This document shows positions 13,110-26,511 of a stretch of 64,000 nt of DNA, one piece after another. Made by a program: the position numbers and the translations under genes. Positions within the stretch are counted from its first letter, which is position 1; each line of letters starts with the position of its first letter. A model generated the notes under the pieces. That model was not told the DNA's origin. It saw only the letters and a list, made by a program, of their open reading frames with translations, and made no database searches. The DNA comes from the human T2T-CHM13v2.0 reference genome, Homo sapiens, in NCBI RefSeq assembly GCF_009914755.1, contig NC_060926.1; one strand, written 5' to 3'.

Positions 13110-15889
13110 GAAATACCCAGGGTCAATTTAAGCAAAATTGTCTTTTAAGTGTCTTTAAGCGAAAATCCCTCCCTTTTTATTGCTTGGGCAAGCTCAGTCA
13201 AGGGAGCCTAACAATTGTGAACTGGAGTTAGTGGATCCAAATCCACTGGGCTCCCTTTTGCATTGCTCAATGTGAGGGTGAGCTGAAAGTATTTTTAATA
13301 AACATACAACCTCTCAAGGTTGGGTGAACTATCAGACTATAGATACTTTATGATATTCACACATAAAGAAGCATAATGTTGTAACACATAGAGGACTGGG
13401 GTAGTTTGCATCCAGGTTTTGGCAATATTCTTCTTCCCCTGGGCAAATAGTCCAAAGAGGGCGTCGGTCTATGGGGAGCCCTTGCTGCAATCTCTTACAG
13501 TAAACCGTGTAAGCTGGATTATCTTTTTTCCACCCTTCTGGAATATCCAAACTGTTAACTCATGGTCCCACACCCATATAAACCCTCTTCAGGAAGGCCT
13601 CAATGCAGAAGCTCTGTGAAATCTTTTGCTAATCTTTAGATATTTTTAAATGACTTAAAATGAAATGTTTTAAAATCCTGACTGTTAGCATTAAAAATAT
13701 ACCAGTGCATGCTGGGAATCGATGACATTTAGTGCTGCTGCCTTGTAAAAAACCAAATCCTAAATGGTTCGTCATAATGTTATTGGCAGATGTGGTTTTA
13801 TACTTTTAAATTCCTTGGAGCTGCTGAAAAAAAAAAAAAGAACATATAGATATGCCTATGCAGATGAAATGACATCATAAAATCCAGTTACCTGACTGTA
13901 AAGTAAGGGGACTCTCTGTGGCTGAATTGCTTGTTAATGAAAAAGAGAACCAAAGCAAAGGAGAAAGTGCATCATTTGCAATTGAATGTTTTCAATTACT
14001 TTTTATCGTTGTCGGGCATTCTCATCACAACATATATTTTGGGATGAAAGATTATTTTACATTCTAAATGAAAGCAATGCACATGCAACATTTACTTTGC
14101 AAATGGAGACCCTGCTGCCTCTCGCCACTCTACTAAAATATGGCAAATTTACACACAGTTACGTAAATGATTTTTTGGGTCAAATTTTTCTCTTTCATCT
14201 TAATGTCTAATTTTGTCACAATTAATTGTGTTAACCACATCATGCATGGACTGAATACCCCTATGTAACACTTGTCACATTGGAATTTAACATCAAATAT
14301 ACTCAGTTTCCCCCTGGACTGGCAATACAATTATAGGAGATTCACATTTTTCATTTCTTTTTAAAAAAAGACAACTGCGAAACAATCGTACGTTGTAGCT
14401 TAAGGACCAAAGGCAAAGAAGCTTTGCCCTCTAATGGAAACTGCAATCGCATTGTAAACAACCCTAATGTAAATAATTGTTCCAACTGGAACTTGCTAGG
14501 GCAGGAATTAGGCACTGAGGGACACAGCTCAGGCTGTTTGGCATGAGGGTTACTGAGCATATATCCCTGAGCATACACCTTTGCCTTGTCCTGGTCTCTA
14601 AGGAACAGCATAGACCCCCCTCCACCTCCCACCTTGCCCCCTTGATTCATTCGTAATTTCTTATTTGGCAATAGGAAGAGGGAAATTTCAAACAAAATAT
14701 TTTTCACCACCTGGAAAACAATCTACCTGAAAGCAGATTCCTAGTGCTCATTACTGCGAGGCTGGGCTCATCGCAGCCATTGTCATGCAAGCACAGTTGT
14801 AAGTAATAATGTGGCCTTTAATGACGGAATGATGGACCTGCCAAACACTTGCTCCTGCCATGGACTGCTTGCATTTCCCTGCTGGAGAGCACAGAGATGC
14901 CCATCTGGGAGTTATTAACATATCCTCGTCAATTCAGAACCGACTTTAACATAATCCATATTTGTTGGAGAAAGTCCAACATCAGCTTGAGAACAGCAGT
15001 CACGTGCCTCAATGACACATTTCAAACAGCACACACCGAGCATGCTTGGGCAGCTAAGCAATTCAGAAATGCAAATAGCTGAAGCACTCTCCTGACTAGA
15101 TAAAAAGGACAAATCCCTTTTGGCAAGAGACTGGATAGCCTCTTAATGTTGCAGGAAAACAACCAAACTGGGAAAGGTACAAATTCCAGAAGCATCAGTT
15201 TGGGTTTGGTGAGTCACCAGGAAGGCATCTCTTTTTTGGTTTATTCCAATCATGTTGGTACAATCAATCTCGGGTCGAACTTTGGACTTCAGCTGTTGTC
15301 AGGCAGAGCTGTTTGTCTGGGATTCAGGAATACAGATGCTCTTAAACCAACAATGTTGCACGTTGTACGCTTGCTTGTTGACATATGTACAGTATAAGCA
15401 CACATCTCTCCCTTTAAAACACAACAAAGAGCTATCAGTTCCAATTCAACATCATCTTAGTTCTCGTTCTGAATGGGTTACCTAATGTGAATAAATCTGT
15501 GGAAAAAGCTAGATTGGTTATGGTCCTTAATATGAGTCCTCATAAAATTAATTTGTATCAAAATATCATGTAAAGTCTGTGGAAGTTATCTCCAAATTAG
15601 GCACTGGTTTTTGTGAGTATAGAATATGTGCCTGGATACTTTTTGAATTATTTTAACGTGCTGAAAATACATTTCATCAACTAAATGCCTTTGGTTGATA
15701 GATACTATTGGTGTTATCTGTACCTTGTAGTGAAATAAATTAAGAAATAAGGGGTAAAAAGCACTTCCTTGAGGCCACCACCCATTTCTATTGAGGTGGA
15801 TTTTGGTAAAATTGCAATAAAATCCTATTTCAGATTACGTAAACCAAAGCCAAATGCAAATTCTTCCTTCAAATATTTAAATAGATGCA

Positions 15890-16210
15890 CAGGGCTAGAT
15901 CACTAGATAATAGCATTGTACCACTATTAGATTTTCTTCATTTGATAATCATATTGTGGTTATGCAAGAGAATGTTTTTGTTCTTAAGAAATACATGTTG
16001 AAAGTATCTAGGAATAAGGGGTTATGATATCTGCAATGTTCTCAAATAGTTCAGCAAGATAAAAATAATGAAAATACATACACAAAGAGAAGACAAATGT
16101 GGCAAAATGTTTACAACTGATCAACATAGGCAAGGGCTGTATGTGTGTTCCTTGTGCCATTGTGGCAATTTTCTAGTAGGTTTGAAATTTTTCAAAATAA
16201 AAAATCAGAA
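15890..16210 (+). mobile_element. L1ME-type 3' end
   Basis: attgtggttatgcaagagaatg...aagaaatacatgttgaaagtat...tttgaaatttttcaaaataaaaa. Confidence 0.75.
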
Positions 16211-16989
16211 ATAAAATCAATTAGACTCACAGCTAATAATATGGACTTCTTAAAAATAAAATTCACTGTTTGGAAACTTTCTCTTATTCACTGTTCTTTG
16301 CTTAATGATAACATTTTCTTTATGTTCTTTACTTAATGATAACATTTTTAATAAGGTGGGGAATGACCTGGAAGAAGAGGAAGACAGGAAGTGAGAAATA
16401 GCTTACCAAGGGACAGGAAAATGAGGCAGAGAGACAAAAAAGGTGGGAAAAGTGAGATAGAATAGGAGAGAAGAAAATACCAAAGGGAGGACAAAGCGCA
16501 CCTCAGTGCAGTTCTGAGCCAGAACATCTGGGGCAACCAGGGGTAATGCTCCAAGGCTGGGAAGAAGACGGGGCAGAGATCTTACCCACATGGTAGGGAC
16601 CATGCAAAAATGTTCACTCTTCCTGCAAGCAGAAGTGGCTTGGGCAGCACAGCTTCTAATGGTAGCATGCAATTTCTTCTAGTAGAAAATATAATTCAGC
16701 CAAAAGGCAAGGTAGAGGCTAGATTGAGGGTTTCACCATAGGACTGAGCACAATGCTGTGGAGGGAAGCCACCCACACCCCTCCCAGGCATGGGAACTGA
16801 TCCGACCCTATTAGGATAAGAAGAGTTGGGCTGGGGGAGGTTAGTGGGGATGGAGATGGGAGGTGAGTATCTTTAGCTGAATTCTACCTTTGTGGTGCTA
16901 TAAAAGTTTTGACTGTAAATATAAACATTAAGAAATAGAAAATAATTTGCCTTTATTAGAATATGTGTATAATTTAAAACATTTTTTAA

Positions 16990-17437
<448 letters not shown>

Positions 17438-19819
17438 AGGTATGTAGTTTTTAAATCATTCATGTGAGCTGCAGAAAATCATGGCAGTGACAGAGGTCAC
17501 TGCAGTTGTTCAGCCTAGGTTATCAATTGAGAAAGGCCCAAAAAAATTGCCTGTAAGAGTGAGTAGACATCAGTCCAAGAAGAGATAGGGACATAGAAAC
17601 CTGGGGGAAGAAAAGGGCAGGGACAGATGGGGAGCATGCTGGCAAGAGGTCAGACATGTGGGGGCCATCAGCCAGCTGTGGGCAACCCTTTCCATAGCAT
17701 GGCCATGTTTAATTGGGTAGGTCACTGCAGCAAGCCACCCCAAAACAGAGTAGCTTGGAGGATCTCTTTCACCTCAGAATTCCAGGAGGAACCTCTCCTC
17801 TGTTGGCTCATCAGCCCCAGAGCCCAGAAATTTCTATGAACTGATCCCAATAAAGCCAAGTAGGCCAACACGTGCCCCCGGCCCCCACCTCGGTCTCAAC
17901 ATACAATACCTTCAGGCAGGCAGAAGTTTCAGGAAGCTGCTTGCCTTTGTCTTATTTGTCTTAGTCTTCCCACAGCTACTAAATAGTTTAGAGCAATACC
18001 GTTTGTTCCCAAGGAAAGAAAGAATCTAAAATAAAGGTTTAAAATTCACTGTCAAGGCCGAGTAACCAGTGTTAAACAGAAGACCCCAGGAGTTCTCAGA
18101 CCCACAAGCAGAAGAGACGCTGGGTTTGGGTTCCTTCCCTGCCTTCGGCCCAGCTTCCTTTGTTCCTACTGTCAACCTCATGATGTGCTTGTGTGACATC
18201 TTCTGGTTTTCTGCCCCCTTCATTACTGCCCTTGAGATTCCCTCAAATCTGATTTTCCTTTATAGAAAAATATCAGGGGATGGTGGGGATGATTTGTTCT
18301 GGGCCCTGCAACTGCCCTGGAGATGTCTCTGGACAGAGGCTCAGGGGTCAGGCCCGGAGCTGTTTCCTCTGTGTTTTTCCCCCATGGCGTTCAGGACATT
18401 TGGCTTCTTTGCAAGGAGCATTCAGTAGGACGGAGACAGTGTGGGTTCCACGTGGGCTCTAAGGAAAATGCCACATAACTAATAGAAAAGCTTAGCGTGA
18501 AAACTGACCGTAGCACATGAAAAGTTGTATCCTGGGGAAATTGTGTTTGTTCTTTTAAGTATGGCAACTATTCAGCCTAGGGCAGCAAATGAGGTGCTTG
18601 CTCCTTCATGCAATGGAGAGGTTTGCTTGGTTCACACTGTGAGGCAAATGTATGTAGAATATTGCCAATTCAAGGTAAATTGCCACCTCATTAGGGTTAT
18701 TTGGTATTTTTTTTTCAAACCTGAATTTCTCACAAACCCAGAGGAGGAAATACATTCACTTGCCTGGAGTGAGGAGGGATATCAGTGCCACCTCTCCTCT
18801 ACTTGCCGAGGTTTCTGGGCTCAAGCACCACACCCTGCTTTGACTGGATTTCCCATCGTGGTCTATGGGAGGCTTAATCCTGTGAACATCTCCTAACACC
18901 TGTGCAGAGGGCACTCTCATTTATAGGTTGGCAGGGTTGAGAAAACCCTACATCTAGAAGAGCCACACGCAGCATACATCTTGGTTTCAGCCTGTTTCTC
19001 TCATGACTCCTCACCTGGAGTCTTGAGAGAGTGAGAACTGGGAGGAAGGTGGATAGTTAGAAAACATCTAGAGCATGGAGTTCTGCTTGATAGATCAGAG
19101 TAATCCAGACAATGTGGACGTTCTGACAGGGAGTGGAAAATGGGCACTGAAGGCTTTCTGTGAGGATGTATCCATTGCTCATTTCCAGCCCTGCAGAGCC
19201 ACAGCCTGGCAATTTCTGGGGCCAGCCTCAGATCCTGCTCTCAGCAGGATGCAGACACTGTATATTGACCCACATGTCAGCCATGTTTTGGAACAACCTA
19301 GGGTGTCTCAACTGTTTTGAGGTGGTATTGTCTGGAAAAAGTCAGATATAGGCCATTTAATAGGGCAAGTTACTTTCATGTTCAAGATACGTTGTTTTAG
19401 TGCTTTGTGTGCACTCCAGCTATAACAATAGGGTGCCATAAGGTCAAAGAAGTAAGACATAGATTTCTAAGGTATGGCTCCACTCCTGCAGCTTCAAGCC
19501 TATGGGAGTAACCGTTTCTCTTCTTGCAATAACTGGATTTCTCACTGGAATGAAGAGTTGTGATTCACAACTTCTGTAGCTGTGGTCTCTTCCTTTAGGG
19601 CTAAGGTCACACCAAATGACAGGAAGATGCCGCTTCCCCTGTTGTAGTCACTGAATCTGCTGCTTCTCTCTCTCCTCTCTGGAGGAACAGATGGCAACCC
19701 CTTCTCCCTGTTTTTGCCTTCATGTGTGATAGAGATAGTCAGTCCCCCCTGTATCTGTCTAAATAGGCCAGAGCACTGGCTGTCACACTTAGCCCAATTT
19801 AGAATCTCTCTTGGTTTAA

Positions 19820-19969
19820 GAAGGAAGGACTTGTTAAACCACTGATTGCTGGGTGCTGCTCATGTTTCTAATTCAGTAAGTTCAGGTTGAGGCTGAGCAT
19901 TTGCATTCTAACCAATTCCCTAGTGATGCTGATGCTAATGGTTTCGGAATTGCACTTTGAGAATCACTG
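19820..19969. mobile_element. MER5A-type hAT-Charlie MITE
   Basis: atttgcattctaaccaattccctagtgatgctgatgc...cactttgagaatcactg terminus. Confidence 0.7.
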
Positions 19970-20290
19970 AGTTCGGTTATGCTGCAGTAACAAATGTCCC
20001 CAAATCTCAGTGGCTTCCGATCACAGAGCTCTATTTTCCACTGGTGTCTCATATCTGTGATAGGTTAGTGGCAGCTGTGCTTCACGTCATCATATCCAGG
20101 ACCCGAGTGGCCGAACAGCCTCTGACATGTTGCCAATCTCAGGGCATGGGAGAAAGAGGACATGGTAAACCATCACTCAGCTCTTAAAGCTTTGCCTTAT
20201 ATCTCATTGTCTAAAGCAAATCACAGGGCCGAATATGACGTTAGTGGCAAATGAGGGGCCAAACATTTTTGTGAGAATTGTACAGTCTAC
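19970..20290 (-). mobile_element. Old MaLR (MLT1) LTR fragment
   Basis: ggttatgctgcagtaacaaat...caaatctcagtggctt...ctcattgtctaaagcaaatcacagggcc. Confidence 0.6.
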
Positions 20291-20329
20291 GGCATCCTCC
20301 CTCATATCATTTGTCCCATTCTACCATTG

Positions 20330-20773
20330 TAAATGAGCTCAGGTTTTGACTGAACAAATGGCTTCCCAGAACAAAGATTGTTTTTTTTCAGACTCTCCTG
20401 CAGCTAGGTATGGCTGTGTGAGTTCTGGCCAATGGGTTGTAAATAGAAGGTTGTATAGTTGTTCCAGAAACCTTCCTGAGAGGACAGCACACATGTGCCC
20501 TTTTTCTCTTCCCCTCTTCCTCTCTTTAATTGCTTTTTTCATCCTATTCCTTAGCATGCAGATGCTAGCATTTTGAAGCATGAGGTGGTCAAAACTACAT
20601 GTCTCAGCCTCACAGAAAAGAAACAAGGTGTGTGGAACACCATATCACCATATCAGCCCCAGACCACCTACCTGCATTTCTACATGAGAGAGAAATAAAA
20701 TTCAATCTCGTCTAAACCACTGTTATCTTGGGTTCTTTGTCACTCACATCTGAAGGTAATTCTAAGTAATGCA
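20330..20773 (+). mobile_element. MLT1J-like solo LTR
   Basis: ctcctgcagctaggtatggctgtgtgagttctggccaatggg...gagagaaataaaattc...taaaccactgttatcttggg. Confidence 0.7.
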
Positions 20774-21428
20774 CCTGCAGAAAGGTTTTCTTTTGAAATT
20801 TGCTCACTTCTGTCTGCAGTGTCTTGTGTTCCACTCATCCATCGAGTGTTTTCTGAGCTTCTGAGCTTATTTCTTCCCTTCTTTATTAACAATGCAGTGA
20901 TAATGTCTACAGAAGGAAGTTAAATACAGCTTTGTTCTTGCTAGGAATATAAACTAAGATTGTAGATGCATGGAGTCTGACAGTGGGAAATATGACAAAG
21001 AAAAGGAAAAGCTTGTCTGTTTAGAACTTTCCTAAGGAGCTTCCAAAACTGTCTTCATCTCATCGCAAGAAAGCGGACAATGCTATTCTTTATTGCTAAC
21101 CCTCCCTTGCAATGTGGAAGTCTTTCTGATGTCAGGGCTTAAAGTGACTTGCATGCCACATGACATGTCGTCTGACCACAGGATAAACAACCACGGCATG
21201 CATGTTGAAAGATGGCTGTTAGAGGCCTGTGGTCAGCGTGTCTCTCTCCTCTGTCTTTACTATTAACTCCTCACCTCCATCTCTGTTTCTCTTTGCCAGT
21301 CTTTTCGCACTGTGCCTGCTTTTACCTTTTTCACAGTTAAATGTCTGTATGTCTGTATCTCTCCACAGATAGAGGGAGCAGCTGGAGAAGAGGAAAGGGA
21401 AGAGTGTTAACAAAACTCAAAAGGCTGA

Positions 21429-21772
<344 letters not shown>

Positions 21773-22086
21773 CAGCAGGCTCTTCTTAGGTAGATCAGGG
21801 CCATGCATGTTCAAGGCCTCTCTAGGTCACAATACACAGCTTAACAGGGTAATTCACTGTGTCCCATCAATGCACTGGAATAAGTTATCACTTCAGCCAC
21901 ACAAATGCAGTTTGTAAACTACAAATATCTATGTTTACTTTCAAGAGTGTTTCTTTTCTGATGGAGAGCCATTTGTTGGGGGATCTTTCATATTCATAAT
22001 CTATTGTACTAGACATCATCAGTCATCTAAAGAAACAGAATGTCCCTGGATGACAATGGCTGTATTTCTTAAAAATAAACTAACAG

Positions 22087-22102
22087 TATCCCAGAACTTA
22101 AA

Positions 22103-22135
<33 letters not shown>

Positions 22136-22150
22136 ACAACAACAACAAAA
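22087..22150 (+). repeat. L1PA extreme 3' terminus (~20 bp) followed by (TA)n and (CAA)n
   Basis: gtatcccagaacttaaagtat is identical to the L1 3' end at 13068-13088 and is followed by simple repeats. Confidence 0.7.
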
Positions 22151-22412
22151 CTCATTTTCATAGTCAAATAGGTTTGAGAGCCACTGCATCCAATGTGCTC
22201 CAAAAAATTCACAATGTTTGTTGGCATACTAAAGTCTCTGAGAATTTTTCGAGTAAAGTAGCCTATTTATTCCTTTATATACAAACTTACTGAAGCATAG
22301 AATTATTTTTTAGTACAATATCTACTAACATCTTCTGGAACTTCTCCTTGGAACACAGCTTGGGAAACAGTCTTAAAAGAATAAAAACTATTACATACTA
22401 CGTGCCACATTA

Positions 22413-22753
22413 TTATTTTTAACTATTTTTAAATTTTAAATATTTAATTGACAAGTAAAAATCGTATATGTTCAAAGAGTACAATGTGATGATTTGATAT
22501 ATGTGTAATAATTGCCACAATCAAATTGGTTAACACCTCCACCACTACTCATGCTGTCCATTAGCTCCATAGAACTTGGTCATGTTATAACTGAAAGTTT
22601 GTACACTTTGATCAGTGTCTCCCCATTTCCCCCACCCTGCAGCCCCTGGCAGCCACCATTTTACTCTGTTTCTATGATTTTGGCTTTTCTAGATTCCACA
22701 TGTAAGATCATGTAATCATGTCTTTCTGCATTGGCTTATTTGACTTAGCATTA
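22413..22753 (-). mobile_element. L1MA8/9-type 3' end with TSD
   Basis: tttaattgacaagtaaaaatcgtatatg...ataactgaaagtttgtac...agattccacatgtaag; flanked by ccacatta at ~22405 and ~22754. Confidence 0.8.
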
Positions 22754-23429
22754 CCACATTAGTTTTTGTAAGAGAAGTTACAGCAAACCAAAATTTTGTG
22801 AATATTCATAACCTATTGACATTTCAGTGGGACCACATAAGAATTAAAATATAGTTTAGACATTCCAGTGGTACAAAACTCACAATTTTTGATTTGTGCC
22901 AGCTGCCAGAATCCCAGGGCAGTACTGCAAGAGTATTTACTTTAGAAGTAAGCTAAATAAACTGATATAGAGAATTAACATGATTAGAGATTGATAATAA
23001 GGGAATAAAGAATCTAGATATGGACGAGACCATGACAAGGAGGGGTGATTTAGACCAATGTATGAAAAAAACAAAACCAGGATAAGTTTGGAAGGATACA
23101 ATTCACCTTAAGATGACATTAACTTAAGACTTTTAGCCCTGCATCTCTCTCTGCCCAGAGGCTTTGGGAACTAGGTAGAGCTTGGGCTTTAGCATCCATT
23201 CATCCTCATCAATCCTTGCTTTTATTACTATTACACCATTTCCTATAGTGCATTGTAGTAATGACTTTTTGGTAGTTTACCTTATTATTCTGTGAGATCC
23301 CTAAGGGCAAGTGTTGTAACTTACAGATCTCACTATTTCCAATCTAGGCATTCAATAGTAATTTAACAAGTACTCGAGGTCACTCTGCGTGGGGGTTCTC
23401 TCGGATGGTGATTTGAAAAACATTGCACC

Positions 23430-23625
23430 CAATCCAGGGTTTTAAGCCCCTGATCTACATGTTAGAACCACCTGGGGAGGTTTGAAAACATACCTGTATA
23501 AAATCAGAGCCCCACATCTGAGATTCTAATTTACTTTTTTCAGGTGGGCCTGGGATCTCAATATTTAAAAAATATCATCACTGGTGATTCTACCATACAG
23601 CCAGGGTTGAGGTTGAGAACACCTG
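23430..23625. mobile_element. MER5-type DNA transposon remnant
   Basis: catgttagaaccacctggggagg...agattctaatt...ggtgattctacc...cagccagggttgag. Confidence 0.6.
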
Positions 23626-24081
23626 TGCTAACAGTCTGTATGTTGTTTAAATATGTCTATTTAAGGATATTAATATACAGCTGAAATGAATGCCTTTTGA
23701 AATAGATTATATAAATAAGGATTCCAAAGACTTAATTTTTATTTAAGTTAATCAAAAGTTAGAAAAGATAAATATAATCCAGGTATATAGTGGTCAAGTG
23801 GCCATTCCTCTTGCATTAGTTTGACTTAAAAACTTATGAGACAAGTGTCAATTGGGGAGCCCCACCAAACATCAGCATGCCTCCATCAGGAAAGAGAAAG
23901 CAGTTGATTGGCAGTGACGTTTGCAATGTGCCTATTATTTGGTGCATGCAGTTCTTGGATTATTTTCTGAAGTCCAAGGCATGTTAACTTCTGTGAGCTT
24001 TTTAGGCATGCATTTACATGTTGAACAATGAAAAAAAGTACTTATGTTTTTAATGAAAAGAAGCAAGCAAATTAATCCCAT

Positions 24082-24529
24082 TGATATAGTTTGGATCTGT
24101 GTCCCCACCCAAATCTCATACAGAATTGTAATCCCCAGTGTTGGATGTGGGGTCTGATGGGAGGTGACTGGATCATGGGGGTGGCTTTCTCATGAATGGC
24201 TTAGCACTATCCTCTTGGTGCTGTTCTTGTGATAGTGAGTGAATTCTTGTGAGATCTGGTTGTTTAAAAGTGTGTGGCACCTCCACCTTTGAGGTCTCTC
24301 TTGCTCTTACTCTGGCCATGTGAGGAGTCTGCTCCCCCTTCACCTCTGGCACCCCCTTTGCCTTCTGCCATGGTTGTAAATTTCCTGAGGTCTCCCCAGG
24401 AGCTGAGCAGATGCCAGCATCATGCTTCCTATACACCCTGCAGTATCATGAGCCAATTAAACCTCTTTTCTTTATAAATTACCCAGTCTCAGGTATTTCT
24501 TTATAGCAATGTGAGAACAGACAAATACA
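24082..24529 (+). mobile_element. MST (MaLR) solo LTR with 5-bp TSD
   Basis: tgatatagtttggatctgtgtccccacccaaatctcat...ataaattacccagtctcagg...aataca; TSD cccat on both sides. Confidence 0.93.
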
Positions 24530-25598
24530 CCCATCAAGACCCCAATCTTTGCATAAATCTGTAGACCAAAGTTCTAAAAATGGCATTTTTTATTTTGTAG
24601 TCTTCCAAAAATTTCAGTCCAAACAGACTAAAGTAAAACATGAAGTGAATCATCAGGATAAAAGGGCAAAATTGTTAAGGAGAAACAGATTTTGTTTTAA
24701 AGCCAATAAGAAATAGCCTACTCTTAAAAAAATTAAGACTCATGGTAGGCAGCAAGTAATATGTGTGAGGTGGACAATATTACTCATCAAATTGAGCCAT
24801 TCTGGGTACCTAATGACAGTGAAAACTATCAGTGTATAACAGCTAAAGAACAAGTCCTTTATTGAGATTTGTCAGGAAAGAAAATGATGTGATTACAAAA
24901 ATATGGAAATGAATTTTTCCCATTGTGAGTTTCTTGTGAGTTTCCTTAAAAATGTGGGTATTAAATGAGATACGAGCCTATCTTCAACAAGATGACAATT
25001 TGGCTCAAATCTGAAAGATTAAACACATGCTCTTTTTTTATAATATGTAGGAAACTAGCTCCTGAATTGAGTCTGGTAACTGCTATTCTTTGGAATCATG
25101 AATGGAATCATTTCCAAACTTTAAAATCAAGCACCTTTTCTCAAAGACCTGATTAAACCTTGGATTTTACATTGGTCATTTTGTTAAAAGCCCACATGGC
25201 CATCTCCTGAAGTTCTTTGTCTTTTTTCCCCCAAACTGGCCAGCAAATATCTCTTTTATTTTATTTTTCTTTTCAAATTTTATATATTTATGGGGTACAC
25301 AATGTGATTTTTGATATGCGTAGACATTTTAGAATGATTAAATCAAGCTAATTAACATACTTATCACCTCACCTTCTTACCATTTTTTTGTGTTGTGGAT
25401 ATTTAAAATCTACTTTTAGCAACTTTTAAGTATACAAGGCATTATTATTAACTATAGTCACCATGCTACACAACAGATCTCCAAAACTTATTTCTTTTGT
25501 CCAACTGAAACTTTGTACCCTTTGACCAGCATCTGTCCAACCATACTCACTCCAGACCCCAGTAGACACCATTCTACTCTCTACTACTAAGTGGTTGA

Positions 25599-25910
<312 letters not shown>

Positions 25911-26147
25911 TGAAAAGTATTCCATCATGCATATATACCACAGTTTCCTTATCCAGTCATTCACTTTTGAACAGTTAGGTTGCTTCCATATCTGGACTAC
26001 TATAAACAATGCTAAAATGAACATTTCAAATGAAATGAATGCAGATGTATCTTCAACATACTGATTTCATTTCCTTTGGATATATATTCAGAAACGAAAT
26101 TTTTGGATCATATGGTAGTTATTTTTAATTTGGGGGGGGGAACCTCC

Positions 26148-26511
26148 TATATTAGTCCATTTTCATAGTGCTGTGAAGAAATACCCAAGACTAGGTAATT
26201 CATAAAGAAAAAGAAGTTTAATGCACTCACAGTTTCACATGGCTAGGGAGGCCTCACAATCATGGTGGAAGGCAAAGGAGGAGTAAAGGCACATCTTACT
26301 TGGTGGCTGGCAAGAGAGTGTGTGCAGGAGAACTGCCCTTGATAAAACCAACAGATCTCGTGAGACTTATTCACTGTCATGAGAACCACATGGGAAAAAC
26401 CTGCCCCCATGATTCAATTACCTCCCAACAGATCCCTCTCATGACATGTGGGGATTATGGGAGCTATAATTCAAGATGAGATTTGGATGGGGACATAGCC
26501 AAACCATATCA
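26148..26511 (-). mobile_element. THE1 solo LTR nested in L1MA
   Basis: tattagtccattttcat...gaaatacccaagactaggtaat...gggacatagccaaaccatatca; host L1 ctcc is repeated on both sides. Confidence 0.92.

Noticed and set aside
13332-13550. Minus-strand ORF DIPEGWKKDNPAYTVYC... with an acceptor-like ttaacag and donor-like gtaaga
   Set aside because: No recognisable protein family, weak polypyrimidine tract and no neighbouring exons; not supportable as coding without a search.
16828-16865. G-rich run with possible quadruplex potential
   Set aside because: Irregular loops and no supporting context; such motifs are common.
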